Positions 29,772 to 38,633 of a DNA stretch of 54,099 nucleotides are shown in pieces. The notes under the pieces are model-generated. The model worked only from the letters and a program-made list of their open reading frames with translations, had not been told where the DNA came from and made no database searches. The number at the start of each line of letters is the position of its first letter. The stretch's first letter is position 1. Source of the stretch: a virus (Duplodnaviria > Caudoviricetes); IMG/VR virus record IMGVR_UViG_3300006737_000043, positions 1-54,099 of that record; one strand, 5' to 3'. Position numbers and translations under genes: made by a program.

Positions 29772-31979
29772 TTATTTAATTAATAAAAGTTTGTCTCTCA
29801 AACATTTTTCAGCAAGAGGACGATTAGATGCCGCTAAAAAAGCAACAAGATCTCGTTTACTTATATAACCCAACGTCTCATATATTTTATCTACTTTTGT
29901 CTCAGCCTTAACGTGAGACTCCAAAGCAGGTAGTTGCTCTAAGTTAAGAGATTTACCTTGTAAATAAAATATTTTGACTAGGTGATTAATAAATTCTTTA
30001 GGTAGGTTTGCTTTGTAATCAGGCAGATACTTATACATATCTACATAAGGAACCTTTGTAGGTTTAACATAGGCCTCTGCGGAATTATAGCAACTTACTA
30101 AAGTACGATATCTCTCAAAGAAAACCAAAGTTTCTAGTACAAGATTATCATCAATATACCAGTCACTAATGTTAATTACATTCTCACATTCCTCCGACAT
30201 AATTTCCATGATTTCAGCATCACGCTTAGCTACACTTATTACAGTCGTAGACATGCTACGAAAATTATGGAGCAGTCTTAAAGTACACTTTAGTGCCTCC
30301 TCCTCAGAGCGTAAGCCCCATATAACTTTCTCACCTTTTAGATTTTCAATAGTAGATATGTTTAAATCAGATGTTATCGATACCCTATCATCGTAGTAAT
30401 TATTATCAGTTTCTCGATATTCCCTATACCTAATCTCATCAGTTCCTACAAGAGTTCTGTTGATACTAGCTTTAGCCTTCTTCTCAAACTCATCAGGGAC
30501 TTCAATCTCAGAATATGTATGATCAAAGAAGTTCTCAAAGTATTTATCAAGTATGTCTTGATACCAAGCAATCTGCTTACGCCAAGTATGTTTATTCTTT
30601 GCGTTTAACTTTAAGATGACTTTATAGTCTTGAAGTTTAAGATTATCCCTGTTATCTCTAAGCAAAGGGATATCTCCTGCACCTATGTCTTGGTGAATCC
30701 ATCTGTTCTTTCTAGGATTAGAATCATCATCCATGAAAATTCTTTTTCCATCTATTCTATCAAAAGTCCAGTCACCGTACTCAGGTACAGCAAAGCTATG
30801 CTTATACTTCCAATCAGATCCATAACCCTCATACTTTAAGTTCCTACCATTTGCTAATCTCCTGTAAGAAACAACAGCATACTTTAGAAACTCATTCAAA
30901 CCCTCTTTTAAACAAGTAGGATTTAGATCTGGATTAGGTAAATACTTAACCTTACTAACATCAATGGTAACACCTAAGTCTGAAATATCTAGACGGTTTT
31001 TCGGACTAAAAGCAACTTTACACTGTCCCGCTATAGCAGTCGCATATACTTGTAGATCCTCAGTGCTAGCTGCAGGAGTAGCAAGTTTAACTAACTCACG
31101 AGTAGCCTCTTGCATTTTGTTATTAATCTTCTGAACAGCTTCATCAGTATACCTAATGTCTTCACGAGTAAAGATAACAGGTAGATCACCTATATCAAAC
31201 GTAAGTGAAATAGGTAGTCTAGTTTCAGTCTTACCAATAGCTTCCCAGTTAATAGGATATACAACCTTTCCAATTAGGAGCATCATAGACCCGTGCTCAG
31301 CATTAGGCTTCCAAACAAAATTATTACCTTTATAAACTTTAAAGTCCTCATTAAGATGTTTAAGTTTACCGCCGTAACTAACATTGTCAAAGTATTCTAA
31401 CTGTTGTTTGGTCTTGTCTTGAAATCTAGAAGTCTCATCCCAATTATCTTTTAGGTAAACCTTGACCTGAGTACCATTACGTTTGTCAGTTTCAGTCTTG
31501 TTAACTAAAGAAAGCGTAGGGGCATCAGTAGTCTTATGTAACATATAAGTATACTCAGTACCATCAAAACGTGTACGAATGTGTACAAGATCAGTATAAC
31601 CTAAACCAGATTTAGAACCCATACCAAAGGCACCAATCTGATCATTAGTCTCTTCTTTAGTAGAGGTTAGATATTTCATAAAAATATTAGCAGCTCTGTC
31701 CTCTGATATGCCTACACCGAAGTCTTCACATGCCCAGTACCAGCCTGAGTGATCTTCTTCTAGTGTAACATATGCAGGAGTATCAACCTTAGCTTCTATG
31801 TGAGAGTCGAAGCAGTTGCTTACATACTCTCTAATCAAAGAAGCAATAGGATCTCTATACGGGGACTGCAGTAGGTCCCACATCTTATGTAGCTTGTCTT
31901 GAGCAAGCTCTGCCTTAATCGAAGTCATCTGCATGTTTGTATTCACATCTACAGAAGACGACATTTGTTGTAGTTTCAT
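29772..31979 (-). CDS. rIIA: rIIA-like protein with N-terminal GHKL (HSP90-like) ATPase
   Basis: YRDPIASLIREYVSNCFDSH, DFGVGIS, STK...IGAFGMGSKS, NGTQV, TREDIRY. Confidence 0.88.
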   Translation of the reverse strand: MKLQQMSSSVDVNTNMQMTSIKAELAQDKLHKMWDLLQSPYRDPIASLIREYVSNCFDSHIEAKVDTPAYVTLEEDHSGWYWACEDFGVGISEDRAANIFMKYLTSTKEETNDQIGAFGMGSKSGLGYTDLVHIRTRFDGTEYTYMLHKTTDAPTLSLVNKTETDKRNGTQVKVYLKDNWDETSRFQDKTKQQLEYFDNVSYGGKLKHLNEDFKVYKGNNFVWKPNAEHGSMMLLIGKVVYPINWEAIGKTETRLPISLTFDIGDLPVIFTREDIRYTDEAVQKINNKMQEATRELVKLATPAASTEDLQVYATAIAGQCKVAFSPKNRLDISDLGVTIDVSKVKYLPNPDLNPTCLKEGLNEFLKYAVVSYRRLANGRNLKYEGYGSDWKYKHSFAVPEYGDWTFDRIDGKRIFMDDDSNPRKNRWIHQDIGAGDIPLLRDNRDNLKLQDYKVILKLNAKNKHTWRKQIAWYQDILDKYFENFFDHTYSEIEVPDEFEKKAKASINRTLVGTDEIRYREYRETDNNYYDDRVSITSDLNISTIENLKGEKVIWGLRSEEEALKCTLRLLHNFRSMSTTVISVAKRDAEIMEIMSEECENVINISDWYIDDNLVLETLVFFERYRTLVSCYNSAEAYVKPTKVPYVDMYKYLPDYKANLPKEFINHLVKIFYLQGKSLNLEQLPALESHVKAETKVDKIYETLGYISKRDLVAFLAASNRPLAEKCLRDKLLLIK

Positions 31980-32989
31980 ATTAGTAAACTCTGTAATAAT
32001 TTTTTAGCAAGGGGTTTATCGTGTGTCTTAATCAAGTCACTAAAGTCTTTAGATTGATACTCACTAGGAATCTCTATCTGTGTAAGACTAAACTCAGTCG
32101 CGATCTTATTACCTAATTTTCTACCAGGATTATTTGGATTATCAAAGTCATTGTCGTATAGGACATACACTTTACTAAACCTATCTTTTAGTTGTTGAAC
32201 TACATGTTGCTTAGGCTTCATAGCTTCGCCTTGTAAGGCTATAGCTGGTAGGCCTACAACATCTACTATACTCATAGTATCTTTTCTAGATGATGTGATA
32301 ACCAGTTGGTTACCTGTCTCAGGGAGCTGAGACCAACCCTCCCATACGGATTGGTTGTTATTACTTATCCATTTGCGTTCTTTACTAAAAGGCTGATAGA
32401 TCTTAAATGTTAAGATACCGTCTTTAAGTTCACGATAAACGTACGATTGTCGGTCAGCCCTAACAGGGTGACCATTAAAAAACATAAAATCAATAGGAGA
32501 AACAAGATATTTCTCAAGGGTAGATTTTCTGATCCCAAACTGGGTCCAGAATTCTTTATCGGATTTTTGCCACTTTCTAGTTCTTATACCTATTTCAACC
32601 TGCTTTTTCTCAGGTATAGGAACTCTTGTAATAGATGCAGCAATCTTTTTAAAATCTGCTCCATCTCTAATACCAAGGTCTCGGCCTATAATCTGAAGTG
32701 CACCAGAGAAATCAGTGCCTTCTTTTCTAGCTATTAAACTCCAGATGTTGCCTCCCACACCAGTTGCAAAATCTCTCCAATAGAGAAACCCTGCCCTCAT
32801 CGTTACACCGAACGATGGGACAGAGTCTTCTCTGAATGGAGACTGGTTAGCTCTATCTAATTTTAACTTTGGAAAGTATCGTTTAAGAAGATCATACTCA
32901 GAGACTAGCTTGAGTATCTCATCTTTATAAACAATAGGGTCAAAGTCAGAACTATTTAGATCATATTGTTTAGTTCCAGTCATCATCAT
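31976..32989 (-). CDS. DNA primase (crAss-type TOPRIM)
   Basis: SPFRED..PSF, WRDF, KIYQP, ITSSRKD, YDND, KDFSD. Confidence 0.88.
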   Translation of the reverse strand: MMMTGTKQYDLNSSDFDPIVYKDEILKLVSEYDLLKRYFPKLKLDRANQSPFREDSVPSFGVTMRAGFLYWRDFATGVGGNIWSLIARKEGTDFSGALQIIGRDLGIRDGADFKKIAASITRVPIPEKKQVEIGIRTRKWQKSDKEFWTQFGIRKSTLEKYLVSPIDFMFFNGHPVRADRQSYVYRELKDGILTFKIYQPFSKERKWISNNNQSVWEGWSQLPETGNQLVITSSRKDTMSIVDVVGLPAIALQGEAMKPKQHVVQQLKDRFSKVYVLYDNDFDNPNNPGRKLGNKIATEFSLTQIEIPSEYQSKDFSDLIKTHDKPLAKKLLQSLLI

Positions 32990-33551
32990 CAGAAGCTGTA
33001 GTTACAGCTCCAGATGTTTCTTCAGCAGCAGGTCGCTCGAAGTTCTCAATATTACTAGGCTTAAGTCTAGAATCTTCTTTAAGAACATTCATATTCTCTA
33101 CAAAAGGTACAAACGTACGCACAGAAAGATACTGTCTTTCTCTACCAACTGTACCATAGTTAGTCATTACTCTAACTTGAGGAGCCATACCAGATTCTTT
33201 TAGCATCTTCATAACTCCGTCAAGAATTACGCTAGCAGTACCTGCAGGGAACTGGGCATCAGAACCACAGAAACAATTAGCTATATGCTTAAGCTTCTTC
33301 AGGAACTTAATAATGTTCTCTTCTGTATCATCATCCTTTGGGTACCAGAAGGCAACATTGACTTCAGCCCCGCTTGAATCAGCAAAGAAGATCTTGTAAT
33401 CAGGAGCATTAGGATTAGACTTGTCGTCTTGTTTAGTACGCTCAACACGAGCTTTACAGTTTTCGACTACGCCAGCAACTCCATTATTAAAGATTGCTAC
33501 GCTTTTACCGGCATCATAAGATGCATCGTTTAAGTTAAATGTCTTAGACAT
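32970..33551 (-). CDS. Putative single-stranded DNA-binding protein
   Basis: Lies between ATPase and primase genes; acidic-aromatic tail DDDDWN. Confidence 0.6.
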   Translation of the reverse strand: MSKTFNLNDASYDAGKSVAIFNNGVAGVVENCKARVERTKQDDKSNPNAPDYKIFFADSSGAEVNVAFWYPKDDDTEENIIKFLKKLKHIANCFCGSDAQFPAGTASVILDGVMKMLKESGMAPQVRVMTNYGTVGRERQYLSVRTFVPFVENMNVLKEDSRLKPSNIENFERPAAEETSGAVTTASDDDDWN

Positions 33552-33553
33552 GT

Positions 33554-34087
33554 TTAGTAATTAGGATTGTTAAAATCAGATACTTCTTCGGCAGTATCAA
33601 CGCCGTTTGTAATTGGAAGAGAGTCAACGAAGTTGTGAACATCTAGTGTTACTTCTTCTTCGCTAGGTGTCTCTAGTGATAATGTAAATGCTTTCGGGTC
33701 ATCATTGATTGCATTTACTAGTAGGAAATTGCTATTAGCTGTCTCATCTAGATTGTAAGTCTTTACAAAGTGAGACCATAGCTTACTGTCCTTGAATGTA
33801 AGACCAGCATATTCTTTCTTTACTCGAACAGTATGTCCTTGACCTTTCGGTAATTCCATGCCTGTAGCATTGACAATGATTAACATGTCTTTAGTAAAGT
33901 CAAATGCAATCTGACCTTCATCTTCAAGTCCTAGTTTTTCACATGCTAATGGATTAAGAACCATTAGTTTGGCCGTACGTGGTCCAGCATTCTTACATAT
34001 AGTAAGAGCGTCCATATTAGGACATAAGTCCACTGATTTTGCAGATGCTTTACCCCTCTGCGAAGGGATTCCAAAAGAAAACTCCAT
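33554..34087 (-). CDS. Hypothetical protein
   Basis: Intact ORF in the operon with an acidic tail. Confidence 0.7.
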   Translation of the reverse strand: MEFSFGIPSQRGKASAKSVDLCPNMDALTICKNAGPRTAKLMVLNPLACEKLGLEDEGQIAFDFTKDMLIIVNATGMELPKGQGHTVRVKKEYAGLTFKDSKLWSHFVKTYNLDETANSNFLLVNAINDDPKAFTLSLETPSEEEVTLDVHNFVDSLPITNGVDTAEEVSDFNNPNY

Positions 34088-34097
34088 TGTTTAATTT

Positions 34098-34799
34098 TTA
34101 GATGTTATAATAATTACGAATTGCGAGGTCAACATAACCGAGATCATTAGGTATGAACTCATCATCAAAGAGACCAATAGGACTCTTACAAGTATCGGCG
34201 CCGCTGTTGACAGTACGGAAACCAAACTTAATACCTTGCCCAGACATCTTAGATGGCTCAGCATACAATACAATAGAACTAAATGATTCAGGAACAAACT
34301 TCTTTAGTTGTTGACCCTGAACTGCAATACGTTCTTGTGGAAAGCCATTATCATCAAAGATTGATTCCGGATGAGCAAATAGATAGACAATAATATCATC
34401 TCTAAGTTTATCATTAATGATATTTAAGAGATCATATTGGGCGCCCGCAAACTCTGCCCACTTATCGAAGCCAGATCTTTTACGGAATCTATTCGACATA
34501 ACGGTATCAGTCTGAAGACGAGACCAAGTATCTATAACAATATTCTTAACATCGTTATTCTTGTTCGCCGGCTTAAGAATCAAATCTATTACTTCTAGAG
34601 TGTCACTAGTCTTAAAGTAATTACCTTTCTCTTTACTATATATACCTGTAAAACCAGGGGCCGGTAAAGGCTTTTGGTCAGTATTAATAATAATAGTTTC
34701 ATCTGGATTAAGTCCTTGTATACCCGCTTGAGTAATAGGACAAATAGAGGTAGACTTTCCAGAGCCTGATCTACCTACAACATACACTAGTGTTGCCAT
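34098..34799 (-). CDS. P-loop ATPase (AAA_24/Sak4-like)
   Basis: Walker A GRSGSGKST, Walker B IVIDT, AH motif, CKSPIGLF. Confidence 0.85.
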   Translation of the reverse strand: MATLVYVVGRSGSGKSTSICPITQAGIQGLNPDETIIINTDQKPLPAPGFTGIYSKEKGNYFKTSDTLEVIDLILKPANKNNDVKNIVIDTWSRLQTDTVMSNRFRKRSGFDKWAEFAGAQYDLLNIINDKLRDDIIVYLFAHPESIFDDNGFPQERIAVQGQQLKKFVPESFSSIVLYAEPSKMSGQGIKFGFRTVNSGADTCKSPIGLFDDEFIPNDLGYVDLAIRNYYNI

Positions 34800-35888
34800 T
34801 TAAGTATTATTTATATTTGAAAAATATCCCAGAACTTTCTTTAGTAATTCTGGCTTTGCGTTTATCTCGTCCATAGTGGGGAGTTCTTTTAGTTTACCTA
34901 TAGCCCCGATAAAGCCCATAGCAATATCGATATTATCAAGACCATCTCGATTCTTTAGTACAGAGATACCACGATAGAATGACCCGAAAGTATTCATATC
35001 ATAGCCATTGTGGTTTTGTAAACGATGTCGGATAGGATTAAAAAGAGCAATCACAGTATCAGCATCTTGTGCTGGGTTACCGCTGTCTTTAAAATCTGAT
35101 AGCTGTGGATCAGGATGAGAGTTAGACTTACGGTCCATACCCTCAATAGATCTGTTGAACTGGCTAACTACAACAGGAGAGAATCCACATCTATTACGAA
35201 ACTTAATAAGTATTTCTGAAAGATCATCAATAGCTTTCTTCTTATTACCGCCGTGATCTTTATTAGGAGTAATCAAACCAACGTGGTCTATAACTACTAC
35301 TACAATTAGATTGGGGTCATTAGGAGTAAAACTCCAGTAACCATCATCTTTCTTACGAATCTTACCTATCTGATTAGCGAGAGCTAGTAAATCCTTATAG
35401 ATAAATAAAGGACTAACAGAGCCATCTACAAACTCAACATAATCTGTAAGTGTATCAAAATAATCTTGGGCTTCCCCAAGTAATCTACTTTCTTCACTAG
35501 ATAATCTATAGTTACCTCGACCAAAGATTTTGTTTACACTAAGCAAATACTTACCATCAGACTGTTCAAACACTCTTCTAGCCATAAGCTTAGCCATAAG
35601 CGGCATAGTAGCCATCTCTAGGTTGTAGTATTTAACTTTAATCTTCAAGCGATTATCAGGATTTGCAAGTATGTGCTCAATAGGATTGATAACATAAGCA
35701 TCTAGAACAGCAGAGGACTTACCAGTACCAGTACCGCCGCCCCATAGATCATAACGTCCATGTTGAACATTACAGATTACATTGGTTAATCTATTGAACC
35801 CCATAGGCAAACCCTCGTTAAGGCCTTGCTTACCACGTTCAACTTCTTTCCAAAAATTACTTTTGATTATGTGCAGATCCTCGCTCAT
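34800..35888 (-). CDS. DnaB-like replicative helicase
   Basis: GGTGTGKSS, LEM, VIDHVGL, SQFNR, DFKDSG..QDAD, LKNRDG. Confidence 0.92.
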   Translation of the reverse strand: MSEDLHIIKSNFWKEVERGKQGLNEGLPMGFNRLTNVICNVQHGRYDLWGGGTGTGKSSAVLDAYVINPIEHILANPDNRLKIKVKYYNLEMATMPLMAKLMARRVFEQSDGKYLLSVNKIFGRGNYRLSSEESRLLGEAQDYFDTLTDYVEFVDGSVSPLFIYKDLLALANQIGKIRKKDDGYWSFTPNDPNLIVVVVIDHVGLITPNKDHGGNKKKAIDDLSEILIKFRNRCGFSPVVVSQFNRSIEGMDRKSNSHPDPQLSDFKDSGNPAQDADTVIALFNPIRHRLQNHNGYDMNTFGSFYRGISVLKNRDGLDNIDIAMGFIGAIGKLKELPTMDEINAKPELLKKVLGYFSNINNT

Positions 35889-36018
35889 AGCGATTGTTTT
35901 GCATTTCTCTTGATTCTAGTTCCATACGGCGACGTTGTTCAGCAACATGGTCATAAGCCTCAGCTTGGCTCAGTCCCTCGTCCTGCATTAGTCTCCAGAC
36001 TTCTTTCATCCAGCCCAT
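35857..36018 (-). CDS. Small hypothetical protein (53 aa, MGWMKEVWRLMQDEG...), not in ORF track
   Basis: Bridges the gap between the 35960 ORF and the DnaB-like gene on the coding strand. Confidence 0.6.
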   Translation of the reverse strand: MGWMKEVWRLMQDEGLSQAEAYDHVAEQRRRMELESREMQNNRYERGSAHNQK

Positions 36019-36163
36019 TGTTCTCATTTTTAAGGTTATACTTATAAGTTATCGGTTTGTTAAGCTTTTCTAAAGCTTCAGCTATCTGCTCAAGAGCACG
36101 GATAGCCCTAGGTAGGTCAGCTTCTATGAGCTTCCTACCCATACGGGTTTCATGTAATTCCAT
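35960..36163 (-). CDS. Hypothetical protein
   Basis: ELHETRMGRKL...ALEQIAEAL; co-oriented with the operon. Confidence 0.65.
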   Translation of the reverse strand: MELHETRMGRKLIEADLPRAIRALEQIAEALEKLNKPITYKYNLKNENNGLDERSLETNAGRGTEPS

Positions 36164-36166
36164 ATG

Positions 36167-36721
36167 TTAGATTGTTTGGCGTCCTGCCTGATTAAATACT
36201 TCTTTAGTATTAGCAAGTTCAAGGACCTCTTCGCAGAAAGCTGCAAGTCTAGATGTGACTGAATCAGAATCTTTTTTGCTGATTACATAATCAGCTCTTT
36301 GAAGGTAGCGGTAGTTACTAACTCGTTCAGTATTTACATACCTAGTTGCTGCATTAATGATAAGCTCACGATCAGAATACTCAGGGTACTCTGCAATAAA
36401 CTTAGTCATCTTTTCAATGCAAGACTTTCTCGAGCCCATAGCACCTGCCTTCTTGTTCTTAAAGACTGCACGATAATCATCTATCCAGTCAATAATGTCT
36501 TGATTCTTAGGGGTCATTTTATTACTAATAATAATCTCAGATAAGTCATCGCTCCAAGACAGTAAATGTCCAGAGGATACTAAATGATCTTTATCTATCT
36601 TAAGCAAGTTCTTCTCTAGAATTATTTTTAATAATCCTTGATTAGTTTGCAATAGTTGGATAAAGACTTGTTCATCGGGAGTCAATGCTTCAGGATGAAC
36701 ACAGTTCACTATTATTTTCAT
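36167..36721 (-). CDS. Hypothetical, possible replication initiator/helicase loader
   Basis: Position upstream of the DnaB-like gene; helical C-terminal domain (AATRYV...YLQRADY...SRLAAF). Function is inference. Confidence 0.6.
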   Translation of the reverse strand: MKIIVNCVHPEALTPDEQVFIQLLQTNQGLLKIILEKNLLKIDKDHLVSSGHLLSWSDDLSEIIISNKMTPKNQDIIDWIDDYRAVFKNKKAGAMGSRKSCIEKMTKFIAEYPEYSDRELIINAATRYVNTERVSNYRYLQRADYVISKKDSDSVTSRLAAFCEEVLELANTKEVFNQAGRQTI

Positions 36722-37892
36722 GTTTCAATAAATCAATTAAATCGTCTTCAGAAATCTCTGTTACATTCTTAGTACCTTTTTGGCGTTTCTCTAGCCAACG
36801 TTGTTCCTGTGTGTCCTTGCTGTAAAGATTAATGATAAGGGCTTCCTTACCTTCTTTAGCACGAACAGTACGGCCAATACGCTGAACATTAGTAAGCTTG
36901 CTACTATAGCCAGCGGCAACAACAGCAAGCGAAAGATCAACGAAATCAAATCCAGCATCCAACGCTTGCACAGAGGATATAATGCGAGTAGAGGTCTCAG
37001 GATTTTTGAAGTCCTCCAGGATTTCTCGTTGTTTTTTCTTACCAATTTTACTATGAAATGTGACAGCTCTTTCTCCAAGTTGATCAGTAATCTGATCGGC
37101 GAACCCAACTGATTGTGAGAATATTATCCCATATCTGTCGGGACATAAAGATACGATATCTTTAACAATATCCACTTTATTTATGTTGTTAATACAAAGG
37201 TTTTTTCGCTTTCTCATGGTATTATAATACCGACCAGCTAGCGCCTGTTTTGCTTTGTCATCATGTCTTAACCAGGTATTTGCTGTACGTAAAGTATCAG
37301 GTCCATATGCACTAATCTGAGATGCTACATGACGAAACTGATTGTTAGCTTTTGTGTACTCAGACATATCTTTAAGCGTCATCATAACAGGAACATTATA
37401 CACTTTGTACGGACTAATCCATTCGTGCTCTAGACACTGTTCAAATGTAACTATATCAAAGATGGCATACCTGTTAAGAATATCTTCATGACGTCCATCC
37501 TGCCTCTTGATAGTAGCAGACAGACCCAGAAAGTATTCATGTTCTATATCTAGTATAACGTCTCTAGTATCAGTAGGAACAGTATGAACCTCATCACAAA
37601 CTAAAAGATCACACCCAAACTCTGAAGGTCTCATAGCAGCTGTATTATTAACTACAACTGTAGTAATATCCGCAATGCCAAAAGCTTGGAGCTCTTCCTC
37701 CCACTGTTCTTTAAGAACAATAGTAGGTACGGTAACAGTAGCTGTCTCTATTAAACCTTTCTTCTTTAGCCCACGGATGCCCATCATGGCTACCCTAGTC
37801 TTACCGAATCCGGTCACAGCCTGAAGACAGCCCTGGTATCCCTGGACTGCCCATGCATTTAAACTTTGTATTTGTCTTTCATCTCTAGTCAT
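36690..37892 (-). CDS. SF2 DExH helicase
   Basis: TGFGKT, DEVH, LSAT, LDAGFD, QRIGRTVR. Confidence 0.93.
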   Translation of the reverse strand: MTRDERQIQSLNAWAVQGYQGCLQAVTGFGKTRVAMMGIRGLKKKGLIETATVTVPTIVLKEQWEEELQAFGIADITTVVVNNTAAMRPSEFGCDLLVCDEVHTVPTDTRDVILDIEHEYFLGLSATIKRQDGRHEDILNRYAIFDIVTFEQCLEHEWISPYKVYNVPVMMTLKDMSEYTKANNQFRHVASQISAYGPDTLRTANTWLRHDDKAKQALAGRYYNTMRKRKNLCINNINKVDIVKDIVSLCPDRYGIIFSQSVGFADQITDQLGERAVTFHSKIGKKKQREILEDFKNPETSTRIISSVQALDAGFDFVDLSLAVVAAGYSSKLTNVQRIGRTVRAKEGKEALIINLYSKDTQEQRWLEKRQKGTKNVTEISEDDLIDLLKHENNSELCSS

Positions 37893-37894
37893 TG

Positions 37895-38053
37895 TTATGT
37901 TCTTTTTGTACTTGTTACTTCAAGTCCGTGTCGTTTTATATTTCTCCATAAGCACTCTTTGGTAATTCCTAGAGCTTTCGCAGCGTCAGTTACGTAGTCG
38001 TAATAATCTAAAGCTTCTTGCATCTTGTCTCTACGCATTTCTTTAATCGTCAT
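37895..38053 (-). CDS. Fis-like HTH protein (52 aa), not in ORF track; likely paralog of 22762-23013
   Basis: MTIKEMRRDKMQEALDYYDYVTDAAKALGITKECLWRNIKRHGL. Confidence 0.75.
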   Translation of the reverse strand: MTIKEMRRDKMQEALDYYDYVTDAAKALGITKECLWRNIKRHGLEVTSTKRT

Positions 38054-38187
38054 GGTAATTCATTTTTAATTTTCCTCCATATATCAGGGTATTCCTCTAT
38101 CAGTATACGTTTGAGTGTTTGTAGTTCACTCCAAGTTTCTCTAATAACTTTAGCTTGATTTTGTATTGTTCTGTCTTTAGCAGCCAT
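38050..38187 (-). CDS. Small hypothetical protein (45 aa, MAAKDRTIQNQAKV...), not in ORF track
   Basis: TGATG and ATGA coupling on both sides. Confidence 0.65.
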   Translation of the reverse strand: MAAKDRTIQNQAKVIRETWSELQTLKRILIEEYPDIWRKIKNELP

Positions 38188-38633
38188 CACAATAAATTAT
38201 TAAGTATTTTAGCTGTTTGAGCCTCTTCAGGATACACTTGGATATAGTCTTTTACTTTATTGCAAGCATACAAAACAGTAGCATGATCTTTAAACATGGT
38301 AACTCTCTCTCCACTTCTTGTCATCTTTCGATACATAAAGTATTGACCTATACTAGCATATGTAGTTCCTAATGTTTCTCTAATTAAATACATTGCCCAA
38401 TGACGGGCAGTTACAACTTCGTGTTGTTTTCTATGACCTAGTACAGCGTTCATAGATACATTAAAATAATCAGATACTATTTGAAGAATCCTCTAAGCTT
38501 CATCATCGTCAGCATCAGGTACAGATAAAACAAGAGGGAGATTTTCCCTCTTGATTATCTTATCTAATACCTCTCTTCTATCTACTCTAGCCATACCGGC
38601 ATAGAACATAGGGTCTATTATTACTTTTTCCAA
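38187..38633 (-). CDS. DnaA C-terminal (domain IV)-like HTH protein, interrupted by an in-frame TAG at 38493-38495
   Basis: ILQIVSDYFNVS...VVTARHWAMYL...SIGQYF...KDHATVLYACNKV. The frame is open from TTG 38633/ATG 38609 except for one TAG. Confidence 0.75.

Noticed and set aside
31976-32989. Primase lacking zinc-finger cysteines
   Set aside because: The degenerate SPFRED-type N-terminus is usual for crAss-like primases.
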